This document shows positions 13,301-26,200 of a stretch of DNA of 64,000 nt, piece after piece (position 1 is the first letter of the stretch; every line of letters starts with the position of its first letter). Source of the stretch: Bugula neritina (Eukaryota > Animalia > Bryozoa); assembly GCA_964035545.1 (NCBI GenBank), contig OZ037767.1:20538628-20602627 (forward strand), given 5' to 3'. The position numbers were made by a program, and so were the translations under genes. The notes below the pieces were generated by a model, which was not told where the DNA came from, ran no database searches, and worked only from the letters and a program-made list of their open reading frames with translations.

Positions 13301-16300
13301 TTGAAGGTAGCAGTGTAGATTGATTAGTTTGGTAATACTGAGAGACTGAGATATTATATAATACATTAAGTAATCACCAAATTTAAATATCCCACCAAAT
13401 ATTTGACGCAACTAAAGATAAAAAGTACCTCTAAAATATTATAAGATGCAACCTTTAAGCTGCAGACTGTAGAATCATAACCTCTGCCACAAGTATACAA
13501 GGTAGCATATGGCTGTAATGTCTGTCTGTATGTCTACCTTATGCGTATATACACACCTTGATCGTCTGCCTCTCCAGTATCGTATATAGCCCCAGAATCA
13601 CGAGCCTCGCCCGTGTCATAAGTAGCCTCAGGTTCAAACGCCTCTCCCGTGTCATATGTAGCCTCAGGTTCATATGCCTCTCCAGTGTCATACGTAGCCT
13701 CAGGTTCATATGCCTCTCCAGTGTCATACGTAGCCTCAGGTTCATACGCCTCTCCCGTGTCATACGTAGCTTCAGGTTTAGGCTGAGATCGTGGGGGCGG
13801 TACTGCGGGCGGTGAGTCAGCATCAGCGTAAATTTCCTGATCAGCTGGAGAGTCCTCTATCGTCCCGTACATTTCTTCTTCCAAACTTTGTCTCTGAGGC
13901 TTAGTAATACCGGCAGCATCTGCGTATGCAGTATCATCCAGATGTCTGGGTTTGGGAGGGGGATTTCTTTGTATGGGAATGTCATCAATATCACCGTACT
14001 CACACTCTACATCCTGCAGTAAAACATTGCACTGTATACACTACAGAACATACCATATATAGTACAGAGTATGCAGTATACGCTACTGAGTACACAGTAT
14101 ACACTACAGAGTACACAGTATACACTACAGAGTACACAGTATACACTACAGAGTACACAGTATACACTACAGAGTATACAGTATACACTACAGAGTATAC
14201 AGTATACACTACAGAGTATACAGTATACACTACAGAGTACACAGTATACACTACAGAGTACACAGTATACACTACAGAGTATACAGTATACACTACAGAG
14301 TATACAGTATACACTACAGAGTATACAGTATACACTACAGAGTATACAGTATACACTACAGAGTATACAGTATACACTACAGAGTATACAGTATACACTA
14401 CAGAGTATACAGTATACACTACAGAGTATAAAGACTAACTTCCTGACGAGCTGCAGCATCAGCCTCCGCCTCTTTCTTTGCCAGCTCTTCCTGTCTTTGC
14501 TGTTCCAGCCTCTCATTCTTTTCTCTTTCTGCTTTCTCCTTCGCCAACCTTTTACTTCTTTCATCTTCCGCACGTTTCCGTGCTTCCTCTTCTCCTGCTT
14601 TCGCCATCGACTCAAACTTAGACGCCATGTTTCTGGCACCCACACCACCTTCAAGTCATAATGATAATGCAATACAATGTCAACATGTAACAAAAAATCT
14701 ATTAACAACTCAAATATTTAAAACTATGCAATGCCTAAATTAATCTGAAATTGAGTCTCAATTTGGAGCACAATTGGCAAGACTAGAGTAAAACTCAGTT
14801 TCACTCACAAGTACTAGGTAGGCTGATTCTGTACAGCAATGGCTGATAGTTTTTGGACCTTTTCAGTGTCCATGAAATTTACTTACTTAATCAACAGGAA
14901 TATTAAACATATTAATTGAAAGAAATGTGGTACTGACTGTTACCTTAAACTTCTCAATTAAATCTAAATTTACAAGCTTTAATGTTGAGAGATAAAAAAG
15001 CGACAAAGTTGACCAGAAGCCAGGTTGAGACTGATGCCCTATAAGCCTTATTTGAGAACTATGAATGAGAACAAGCAGTTAGAAGTTAAAATACATCTGT
15101 TGTCCATAGAAAACTGGAGGTTGACTGACTAACTGAAGACAAAAATATGAGCATCGAAAGTAAATTTATTTAGTTAGAATCAATAAATGATTAAAGTGCT
15201 GGGGTCAAAACATTTTAAACCGTAATATAATAATATAACTATAAAGTTTTGGTAAGTCAATTCTGTGTAGATTTAAATTTAAATTGCATTATAGAAATAG
15301 CAGAATTTAAATAACCGGAAGTTTGAATAAGATAATTGCGGTTTAGTTTCACACAAATAGGAAAGATACTAGTATGAACAAAATTCTCATAGAGAAGCCA
15401 ATGCGGGGGCCAGGTGAAGCACCCATCTATATGATGAGTGAGTCTGCAATAAATTAACAAATGCCAACTAATGATGAAAATATATTTCTAAACGTGCATA
15501 AGAAGTGACAAACCAACAGACTAATGTAACTGGAACACACTAGATTAAACACTACCTTAACTCACTAGTATAGAAACTGAATTACCAGATGATGCCTGTG
15601 TTTTCTTGTAGTTGGTGCCTTTTGTGTCTTGCATGTCATCAAACCCTCCGGCTGACTGCAAGCAATGAGATACATTCTACTCAAAACCCTTCAAACAATA
15701 TTATCTGTCAACTACCTTCCAGGGGAGGGTAATTACCGCCTAGTCATTCTCGGCAAGGTCAACATTAGGGCATTTATCAATATATGAAAAATGCAAGTAA
15801 CTACAAATATTACCAACCTGATCTTTCCTGTCGCCCTGCACCCCAAACTTCCCGCCAAAGCCTGTACTTTGATCAGTCTGGGAACCGTGCTGTGCTAGCT
15901 TTTCCTGATGGTCCCAGCCAACAGCTGATTGGTCTACTCTGTCTTTCTGTACACCGTATTTACCGCCAAACCCTGTGGCGTAGTCTGAAAAACACAATAG
16001 GAGTGACAGACGGTCTACATACTACTCTACATACATATAGTGTAGTGATATTATATAGACTAATGAAATGAGAAAGATAGACTGAACGTATCACCTTTCT
16101 GAGAGGCGTGTTTCTCTAGCTTCTCCTGGTGTTCGTAACCCAAAGCTGACTGGTCCTGGTGGTCCTTCTGCACGCCATACTTACCACCGAAACCCTTTGA
16201 GTAATCTGATAAAAGAGTACAATAAGTATTACTTGACGGAACACTTGATGCTCTTAAGTTTTAAAGGTAAACTCAGCAACTCAAGTCAATTGCTAATTGA

Positions 16301-19300
16301 AAGAAACACGAAACAATTATTAACTTTGATTCCTGAAATGATAAGTTCTTTCAGGTCTTTTAGTTGAAAAACATCAACACCAGAAAAACTAGGAGCACAC
16401 ATAGACCGAAAGCTGTTAAGCACATAGAGAGGCTGTAAGCTGCTATAAGCACATGTAGACTAGAAGCCATTATAAACACACAGAGAGGCTGTAAGCTGTT
16501 ATAAGCACATGTAGACTAGAAGCCATTACAAACACATAGAGAGTCTGTAAGCTGTTATAAGCACATGTAGACTAGAAGCCATTATAAACACATAGAGAGA
16601 CTGTAAGCTGTTATAAGCACATGTAGACTACAAGCCATTACAAACATATAGAGAGGCTGTAAGCTGTTATAAGCTCATGTAGACTAGAACCTGTTACCAA
16701 CACATAGAGAGACAAACACATATTAAGCGCCAAAAGCACAAACACTAAAGTCACAAATCAACACAAAAAGCTACAAACCACTAAAACTACTAAGGACTAT
16801 TTAAGGTATAGCCACATGGAGTAGATTCCACATGAATCGCTAGCTAAAACTTTGCATAGATAACAAAATAGGGCAGTTCCGTTCGGATTTCGTAAGATCA
16901 AAATGCTGAATGAATACTGCAAAAAGTTCTAGTGATCTAATTGGCTGAGCATTATTTATCGAGTCCACTTTTTTTAGTTTAGTTTAGTTTTTCAAAATGA
17001 AATATTTCATAGCAGGGCAGTAAAACTATTGGCAAATGCAATAGGCCACTAGAGCTTAGCTCTTGCTGGCAACACATCGTGTGTAACAGGTAACTCTCGC
17101 AGTGAACTTTCACCAACATTCTACTTCATGTGGTCAACCTTAAGATTACTGCACACTAAAACTACTGCACGCTGAAGCTACTGCACACTAAAGCTACTGC
17201 ACACTGAAGCTACTGCACGCTGAAGCTACTGCACACTGAAGCTACTGCACACTGAAGCTACTGCACGCTGAAGCTACTGCACGCTGAAGCTACTGCACAC
17301 TAAAGCTACTGCACACTGAAGCTACTGCACACCGAAGCTACTGCACACTGAAGCTACTGCACACCGAAGCTACTGCACACTGAAGCTACTGCACACCGAA
17401 GCACACATCAAGACCTTTCTGGGAGTCGTGCTGAGCAAGTCTTTCCTGGTGGTCCCAGCCTACAGCCGACTGGTCAACCCTGTCGGTCTGTACACCATAT
17501 TTACCACCAAAACCCTTAGAATAATCTGCAATGAGTCCATTCAACACCCATATCAACATAACTACAGGATATACTGTGTATATACTATATATCAACATAA
17601 CTACAGGATATACTGTGTATATACTATATACCAACATAACTTCAGGATATACTGTGTATATACTATATATCAACATAACTACTATACTGTGTATATACTA
17701 TAAACCAACATAACTACAGGATATACTGTGTATACACAAGAGATCATAGACTGAGATCTTTCGGAGTTACCTTTTTGCGATTCATGGGCTTCTACCTTTC
17801 CCTGATAGGACCACCCTTCTGCACTCTGTAACAGACAGAGACCACAGTCTGAATAAATATTTTATGATTTATTTGAAGAGCTACATGTAATTTGCAACAA
17901 GTAATGGTATGCTCCACAACAGATCACTATATAGGTGCTATTTCAGTACTGCAGTTCATGACTTAGTAAATAAATTCTCATCAATAGATAAATTAAATAC
18001 AACACAGCATAAAGAGAACATGTTGGTTTTGGAGTTATCATCCATTACAGAGTACACAATTGAGTGTCTGATCAGAAATATATAATGCATAAATGAATAT
18101 GATTGCACAAAAGTGCCACATATTCATGAATCAGAATTGATATAAAAATTTACAATAATTGGCAAATCAGCAGCCAGTGAGATTCAAGGAACTACACAGG
18201 TGCCTGGCTGAATCACATATACTGATAATATTTATCTCAACTGCTAGTATTGGCAATCATAACTTCCTTGTTTGCACCTCAATACACTTTCATATGTGTG
18301 TTGAAATGCAGGTGAACAGAGAGCACCTTACTGCATGGCAAGTAGCGCAGAAGTTGGGCAGCAGAAATCTGGCATCTCAGGCTATTAAAAACTCTGATGA
18401 GAAAACACACTAAATTAAATACATATTATTTCAGCACACCTTCAAAATCTCAATAACTTTCCTTTAATTATATCACAACTAATCTTTCTTTAGTCGATCT
18501 ACTGCAGTATTTGTGTCTCAATTGAAAATCTTCTGCTACTTTTTATCAATAAAAAACCACGAGATTGATCAAACTTACCAAATAAAAAGAAAATTTATTA
18601 TATAGGGGAAAATGTCCCACAAGCTCATTAGCAAAGATAACTCCAATAAGAAATTTCCTTTTGAAATACATTTTCTCTATAAAAACCTCCCCCTGTGTTA
18701 CTTTGATTCAGTAATTCTGAAGATGTAGAGAGAGGACAAAGTGACAGAATACTATCAATTCTTACACGAAACACTAAATAATCATCTAAATGAGTGTATA
18801 CAACGCTGACTAATATACAGGAAGTAGAGGCAGCACCTTATCAACTCGGTCTGTCTGTACTCCGTACCGACCACCAAACCCGGTGGAGTAATCTTTCTGA
18901 GACTTGTGTTGAGCCAGCTTCTCCTGGTACTCCCAGCCAACCGCCGACTGAATTATAAGCATTTAGCAAAATTAATAAGTGGAATCACTCAGTGTATAGC
19001 CTGAAAATTAGTAAGCTGTTGATTTGGTATCAAATTTCTGGAGCCGAATTAAACTGCATCAAATGTATTCAACTTGATTTAACTAATCGGCATCATAACC
19101 TGTGACAGCTATGACGTAACCGAATTGTTCTACTATTACAATAGCTATGATACCAAATCAACACGAGTAATCAATGAATTAGCCAATGCATGATAACAGA
19201 GACAGATCAGAGTGATTGGTAGAGATTGGGTGACAGCAAGTGGTCACATGATCATAAAGAGCAGCGTCAGCAGTGCAAGACCTGATCTTTTCTGTCAGTC

Positions 19301-21952
19301 TGCACTCCGTATTTTCCACCAAAACCACTTGAGTAGTCTTTTTGAGAGGAATGCTTCTCAGTTGTACCGATATAACTGTACCGTGCTGCGCTCTGGCAGG
19401 GGAGATAACCACAAAGAGTAAAGCAAATATAGTAAGTATACAGGTAGAGAGTAGAGTATATATAGTAAGTATACAGGTAGAGAGTAGAGTATATATAGTA
19501 AGTATACAGGTAGAGAGTATATATAGTAAGTATACAGGTAGAGAGTATATATAGTAAGTATACAGGTAGAGAGTATATATAGTAAGTATACAGGTAGAGA
19601 GTAGAGTGTATATAGTAAGTATACAGGTAGAGTATATATAGTAAGTATACAGGTAGAGTATATATAGTAAGTATACAGGTAGAGTATATATAGTAAATAT
19701 ACAGGTAGAGAGTATATATAGTAAGTATACAGGTAGTCGGAGAGTAAATTTCTGCTAATCCACACAATATATAATACAATCCATACAATATATAATACAA
19801 TCCACACAATATATAATACAATCCACACAATATATAATACAATCCACACAATATATAATACAATCCACACAATATATAATACAATCCACACAATATATAA
19901 TACAATCCACACAACATATCATAGTTCATTTAAATGGTATTACAATGTGATGATATAGAAATGATTGGAGATCTTAAATCTGACCACAAAAAAAACAATC
20001 AACAAGCTGCTATAATGATAACGTAATATGGTATGATAAAATGTAACACAATATAATACAATATAAGAATATACGGTATAAGAGTATACGAAATATTGTG
20101 TAGCTAAATTCCTACCTTATCTACCCGATCTTTCTGTACACCAAACTTGCCCCCAAACCCTTTACTTGTGTCCGTCACACTGGCGTGTTGAGCAACTTTT
20201 TCCTGGTGATCGTGTCCGACAGCCGCCTATGCAGTACGAAACAAAGCAGTGTTATCAGAACATATTAGAACATGCATACTCACAGTATATCAAAATATAA
20301 AATGTTCTAAACTATAGCCATAGGTTGTAATACCAGAGTTTCTAAATCAACCACAGTGGATGTATAGTTGAAAGGAATAAGACTGCCATGGCAAGCTTGT
20401 TTTATACACATGAAATTACATGCATTAAACATTTCACATAGGTCTGCTTCCATCACTATTCACATTAACAGTACACTATCTAAGCCTTCTCTGTGTCATT
20501 AGAAAGCTTAAGGTACCCCACTTCTGGCCTCTACATATAAAACTTTATCTGCACCACGCTATAAAGCAGCCTAAAAAACGTCCAATTCAACCTTACATAA
20601 TGCTTCACAGTACACAGTTGCTTTCCTAAACCATATAGCTTACCTTACGTGCACACATAGTTACGCCAAATTCAGAGAATCCTGAGTTTTATAAATCTAT
20701 AAAATTTTCCACATAGTCTCCAAAGAGAAAGTAACTCTCACCTTGTCCATACGATCTTTCTGTACTCCAAACTTCCCTCCATACCCATATGACCCAGTGC
20801 CTTTCTCTTTCAGTTCTTTTTCTTTATACTTTGCGTCATCCTTCTGCACTTCCCCCCTCAACTCCTTCAGACTAAAACAATTTAAATACAGCATCAGGAA
20901 ACTGCCTGATTTATCTTCTGTTTTGCTTTAGACTTTAGTTGCTGCATATGGTGCTAACACTGAGCAATGCTAACACACCACAGCTAGCTAGCTAGCTTAT
21001 TTCAGACTTTTAAATCTATATTATTTGCATAGAGCATTAATCAAATTCACTAAAATAACTCATGTGGCATACAGAACAGAAAGTGAATTGAGGAAATGAT
21101 CAGTATGAAAACAAAAGTATTATATTAAAGTTCCACCACTAACACAGCCCAACTCTGTGAACAATGGCTTAGCAATGTTATTTCGAGAACATATTTGTTG
21201 AAGTGTAGCCTGTGGAAGATGCATAGCCTGTCAGTCAAGTATAGCCTATGAGAAGAAAGGGTGGTTAGCAACTCACTCGATAGCCGCCTGATGTCCTGAC
21301 CCTTCGACAGTCTTGGAACCCCAGCGTTGCTCTTTTTCTGACACATCATTCTACATTGTAAGAGTAACAAATACACCAACTAAAGGCACTGGTTAAATGT
21401 ACCGGCTAAATGCACTGGCTGTAGTAGCATAATACTCTCTATCAGCTAAATTAGTCAAACAAGGACTAATTCTATGAATACTTAATATATTTAAAGCAGT
21501 AACCAGCAAATTACTGTTTATATGTAAATAGAACGTAAATACTCCATATAACATGTGCAGAAAAAGTTAAACTTTGAAATAAAGCAGTAATTAATAAGAG
21601 TATTTACACACGTTGTATATCAACTACATAAATTAAAATTTATTTGTGAAAAAATATCTTACTTTTATAAACATAAAAACAAATGTAATTTACAACTATA
21701 TGTAAGTGGACAACTTTTACACAAAATTTTCATTAGCATCATATAAACGCCATAACCTTCTAAAAGTAGCAAACTTTAAATAAAAAAAGTTTTAAACTGC
21801 CCAGCAGTGTAGGTGCACATATAATAGATACTCTACAGCAAACTTGAGATACATCTGAGTATGTCTACCTGGAAGTCAGGGTCAGTTTCCCAGTCATCAT
21901 CGTCATCGGAGACTGTGACATTAACAGTGTTACCGGCAGCAGCCCTCCACAT
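10377..21952 (-). CDS. CTTN: Cortactin (Src substrate, actin/Arp2/3 regulator), 15 coding exons, ~672 aa
   Basis: Exons in gene order: 21869-21952, 21277-21350, 20742-20871, 20116-20226, 19282-19392, 18837-18947, 17771-17825, 17415-17525, 16095-16205, 15818-15984, 15586-15655, 14440-14648, 13557-14013, 12875-13014, 10377-10454. All GT-AG, phases consistent. Protein: N-terminal acidic [11 protein letters not shown] (Arp2/3-binding DDW), cortactin repeats ([14 protein letters not shown]), coiled coil ([13 protein letters not shown]), Pro/Tyr-rich region, SH3 ([15 protein letters not shown]...GWWKG...GLFPANYV). Confidence 0.96.
10535..10770. repeat. 12-bp minisatellite (ACTCTACCACTC variants) in the last cortactin intron
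   Basis: Visible tandem units; source of spurious ORF 10455-10643. Confidence 0.9.
11114..11161. mobile_element. 48-bp minimal PIF/Harbinger (Tourist-like) MITE
   Basis: TAA|GGCCTCATTCACACTTG...CAAGTGTGAATGGAGCC|TAA: imperfect 17-bp TIRs and a TAA duplication. Confidence 0.6.
13085..13310. repeat. 54-bp minisatellite, ~4 copies, cortactin intron
   Basis: TATATGACCTTGAAGGTAGCATAACCTCAGTGGAGACATTACA... repeated. Confidence 0.92.
14030..14430. repeat. 21-bp minisatellite filling a cortactin intron
   Basis: (CAGTATACACTACAGAGTATA)n; explains the YTTEYTV-type ORFs. Confidence 0.95.
17148..17402. repeat. 16-bp minisatellite abutting a cortactin donor site
   Basis: (GCTACTGCACACTGAA)n. Confidence 0.92.
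19425..19915. repeat. Two adjacent minisatellites (~27-34 bp and 21 bp) in a cortactin intron
   Basis: (ATAGTAAGTATACAGGTAGAG..)n then (AATCCACACAATATATAATAC)n. Confidence 0.92.
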
Positions 21953-22959
21953 GCTGACTTATGTTTATTCTATACTGTGAAAGAAATAAGTTAGCTACAG
22001 TATAAATCATGTTTAGTAGCAGAAAACTAGCATAGACCATGTTTAGTAGCAGAAAACTAGTATGAGTCAATTAAAAAACCATCTATCATAAAAGTAAAAC
22101 AATTTTCGATTCAAAAATCAGTGTATTATAATTCAATGTGAAAAAATGCAAACATGTTAATAAAATTCCATTATTTTTATTTACTTACTTATTTTTAATT
22201 ATTCTTATTTTTGCTAGTTTATTTTTATTTCTGTTCATTTATTATCATTTAACAAGTATTGTTTTAGTCAATAGATGTCTATTTGACAAATGATAAAGTA
22301 TGACAATATAAATGGTATAACTGTAAATCTAAGCCGAAAACATGATTTCCTCTGCTTAAATGATTGTGGTAAAAACAGTTCCCTAAACGAAAGAAACTAT
22401 CAGTATAATAGAGCTTTATGAAAAATGAACAGTATTGATTTCATTACCAGGTTCATATTCATATTGGTTTTCATAATCACAAAGTTTAACTTTAAGTAAT
22501 TGTTATAATGGTTATTATAATTATGATTATGAACTTGAAGTGATTATGATTATCATTATCATAATCATTATGATAATCATTATCAAATTAAATATCAATA
22601 CCAATATCAATATGAATGGTGAGAATATGAACACGAATCAGAATGAGAATATCATTATGATTATCAATATTTTACATTGAACGTGATTATTGATTATCAT
22701 TATGATTACATTTGAATTTGTCTTCGATTTAATTTTACTTTTACTTTTACACTCAGGGTCAGACTCAGCCTGAGACTCGGTGTGAGTGTCTTCACGGCAA
22801 TTTATTTTATTATTGAAAGTTATGTTTATTATCCTAAGAAATCAAGCATAATACAAACACAAATTAAATTACATCGTCGTTTGTCAATGATAACGAAAAT
22901 CTCAACATATTGAAAAATCATTATCATTACGACTATTCATAACGAAAAAACCATAGCTG

Positions 22960-23050
22960 AATGCTAAAGTGAAAGGAAGTAAAATTGCTAGGAAGTGAAA
23001 GTTAAATATCGGTTTCCGGGTCACGTGCATTGACGTCTCTCAACAAATTA
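22960..23050. promoter_or_regulatory. Probable bidirectional promoter between cortactin (-) and kinesin-like gene (+)
   Basis: Divergent genes with start codons ~1.3 kb apart. Motif cluster: GGAAGT x2 (ETS-like), TTCCGG, CACGTG E-box (23022-23027), TGACGTC (CRE-like). Function is inferred. Confidence 0.5.
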
Positions 23051-23280
23051 CACAATATTCCTGAACTTTCCGTTGATCTGAAAAAACTTGTCCAAAATTA
23101 TTTTTGCTAGGTGACTGATAAACAGCGAGGTCAATAATGTTAGGTTGAAGAAATTATTAAAACTTACTAGACTTACTTCTTGGTTTTAGTGACCAACTCG
23201 AGGTTTTGAGTAAGAATTGACTCGGACTAGCAGTGCCAAAGCTTACAAAGGCATATCTCATATCTGCCACAACATTGAAA

Positions 23281-26200
23281 ATGGTACGTTTTAAACTCGT
23301 TGAAGATCAAATATTTATATTATTTGATCAAAGTTCAAAACATTTATTTTTGATCTAATACTTATCTAGAAGCATGTGACCCCATGTCATTTTAATGCTT
23401 AAAATAGAGCTGTATGTTACTGTTTCTTGCTACTGTACTGTTTTTAGTTTTACATAAAAAAATTGAACTGTTGTGATCCAAAGTAATTTTTATATTTATC
23501 ATTTTTATTTTAGCCAGGAGGAGAAAGTTCCGCTGTGCGGTGCTTTGCTAAAGTTCGTTCTTCACTTCCAAGTGAAGCAAACCAAACAGATATAAAAATA
23601 TCTGGGGAGAGGTTAACTGCTGCCATTGGGGGAGTAGAATCTACATACTCATTCGATGGAGTCTATGGACCTGATGTCAAAACTGTAGGCTCACTAATTT
23701 ATCAAGCTTTTTAAAAACGATTTTAAGTTTACGATATCAAACTTAAAAGTGATAATTATTCTCCTTTTTAACTGAGTTTGCAGTTTCATGTTTACTAGTG
23801 AGCTTTGCTACTTTTTATATTGTATGTTAAAGAGAACTTTGTTCAAAGAGAAATGCGAGCCTTTACTTCATCGAGTAGTAGAAGGAACTAATGTATCTAT
23901 TGTAGCTCTGGGCATCGTGAGTATTTTACAGATTTGTATTAAACAAAATAGTTTCTCTGAGTCTAGATGTTTTATTCTTGGGTTTAGTGCTGCTCAGTAG
24001 TAAATTGTTATATTGATAACAATGTGTAAAACACTCAATTTTTAATTAGTCAATTTTCAGTTAATTTAAATAATGATAGCGTAATTTGAAAATATGTGAT
24101 TATGATTTTATGCTAAAAGGAATTAAATAATCAAACAGTAATACGGTATAATGACTATCATGATGCATTTTTCACATTATTTAAGTTAGTGAAACATTCA
24201 CTTATATTTTGCCTTGATAAATACACATAGTTTAATGTAAAATAATTAGTTTAGTAGTAATTCAGAACTTAGCATACGCTGTGCAGTAGTGCTCTAAATG
24301 CTCATTATGCAAGTTTCAGGGGTGGGTCAAGCTGTGACATATTGAGCGCCATTTTTATTAAACCACATTTTTGGTTTTATGCAATGACAGAGCAGCCATT
24401 CCAGTGACTCATTCATAGAAATAGTGTAACTATAAAAGCTAATGACCATTTCCTGGGTCACACATTATACATCTAGCTTATTTTATTGCTTTACCCCTTT
24501 GATATTTACCTAAGCTAAAAAGTTAAGTATTTTTTGAAAGTGTCTTTTATATGTGTGTTATTGCTTTCTTAAAATTCTTGTTTGCCTTTGTTTTTTTTGA
24601 GAGCAAGTTAGAAGTTGTGTGTTTTTTGTAATAAAAGAAATTCTGTTTACATCCTAGACTGGCTCTGGAAAAAGTTATTTCATGAATGGAAGAAATGAAG
24701 AACCTGGGATAGCTCCTTGTGTACGTCTTAATTACATTTCAACCAACAAATAATCTACCATAAAACCAATAAAACCATCTACCAATAAAACAGCATAAAT
24801 ACATAATTTGAATGATTTGGAATTATATAAGTATCTTCTAATTTCCGGTGTTGATACTGTGATAGTAATATTTTCTATAGATGATCAATGGATTGTTCCA
24901 AGTAATAGAAAGGATGCAGAATAAAGAATTCTTTGTGACGGTACAATATCTTGAGGTCATGGATGACTCATTGGTGGATTTGCTTAACCCTCACACTGGA
25001 CAACTGAAAGTTCGACCTTCACCTCGAGGTGGCGTGTAAGTATTTAGCGCTATTTTGTACTTCAATTTACAAGCATGGTCTACATAGCTGATACCTTTGT
25101 TTGTATAATGTTTTATAACTTAAAAAACATTTATTGCAATTTTTTATTGAGATACTAATTAAATGAAATCCTATTGTTTTTTGCTCAAAATTTTTTTGAA
25201 GTTTTAGTAAACTTAATTTGGTTCACTGTAAGTTTATTTTGTAGTCTGAAAACAAAATAAATAAACTTTGTATTCAGTTGTTTTATTTTAGGAGTTGTTG
25301 CCACCAAAATAACTACTTGGAAAGGTTCCATCTAGCTTATATTATTTACACTGCACACCTAACTAACTAATAACTGGTTTTAAATTTTCAACCAATTTTG
25401 TAAGTCAAAAGCATGTTTTTTATAAACCCAGATCATGTCAAGGTCATGTAATGTAGATGAGTAAATTAATTGTTTGATTCTAGTCAGGTTCAAGGACTTT
25501 CAGCACTAGTAGTGCAGGACGCCTCACAGTTGCTTCAGTACTACGAACAGGGGACTAGGGCTAGAAAAATGGGAACTACTGGAGCTCGTGCTCATAGAGA
25601 AAAGTACGTATGTGCTCAGTAAATAAAATGTTGATGTTTAAAAATGTGTTCATCTAATCGATGTTTAAAACGTAGAGACTTCTTGTGTATAATATGATAA
25701 ATGTTGTCCAAACAATTCAATTTTATGCTGAAGAATTACTTCAATAAGTAATGATTGGAAATATTAATAATCACAAGTAAGGAGCACTCTTTCCAAAACA
25801 ATTCATTAATTGCCTGTAAGAGTGCTAGTTTCTTCAAATGTTAGAAACTGTGTGCGGTAAAAATTCACTAGAAGTTACCTGCCACACACAATGCTTTGCT
25901 AGTGGAAGTTACTTGCTTATGTGGCATCGCCTTGATGCCCATGACACACTACAGTCGAAACTCGACTGTGGCGGCCATTTTGAAGCTGCTCACGCATACC
26001 TTCAACGTCACGTCCTACTTTTTGCTGGTCACACTACAGTTCACTACGAACGATGAAAGCCAACTGTCTCTAGTCTCGCAGTAAACTTTTAAACCAATAG
26101 GAATGCCATAAACCAGTTTCTGCAGTATCCACAGTAACCAACAATTAAATTTAGCGCAATTTTTTGAGATTTACTAGCATAATTTAATAAGATTTTCTAG

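Noticed and set aside
13926-14708. Long repetitive ORFs (YTTEYTV, VYCILCS, QYTLQS) in several frames
   Set aside because: Products of a stop-free 21-bp intronic minisatellite; only 14440-14648 and 13557-14013 are real cortactin exons.
19267-19929. 220-aa and 184-aa Tyr/Ile-rich ORFs
   Set aside because: Translations of intronic minisatellites; only 19282-19392 is coding.
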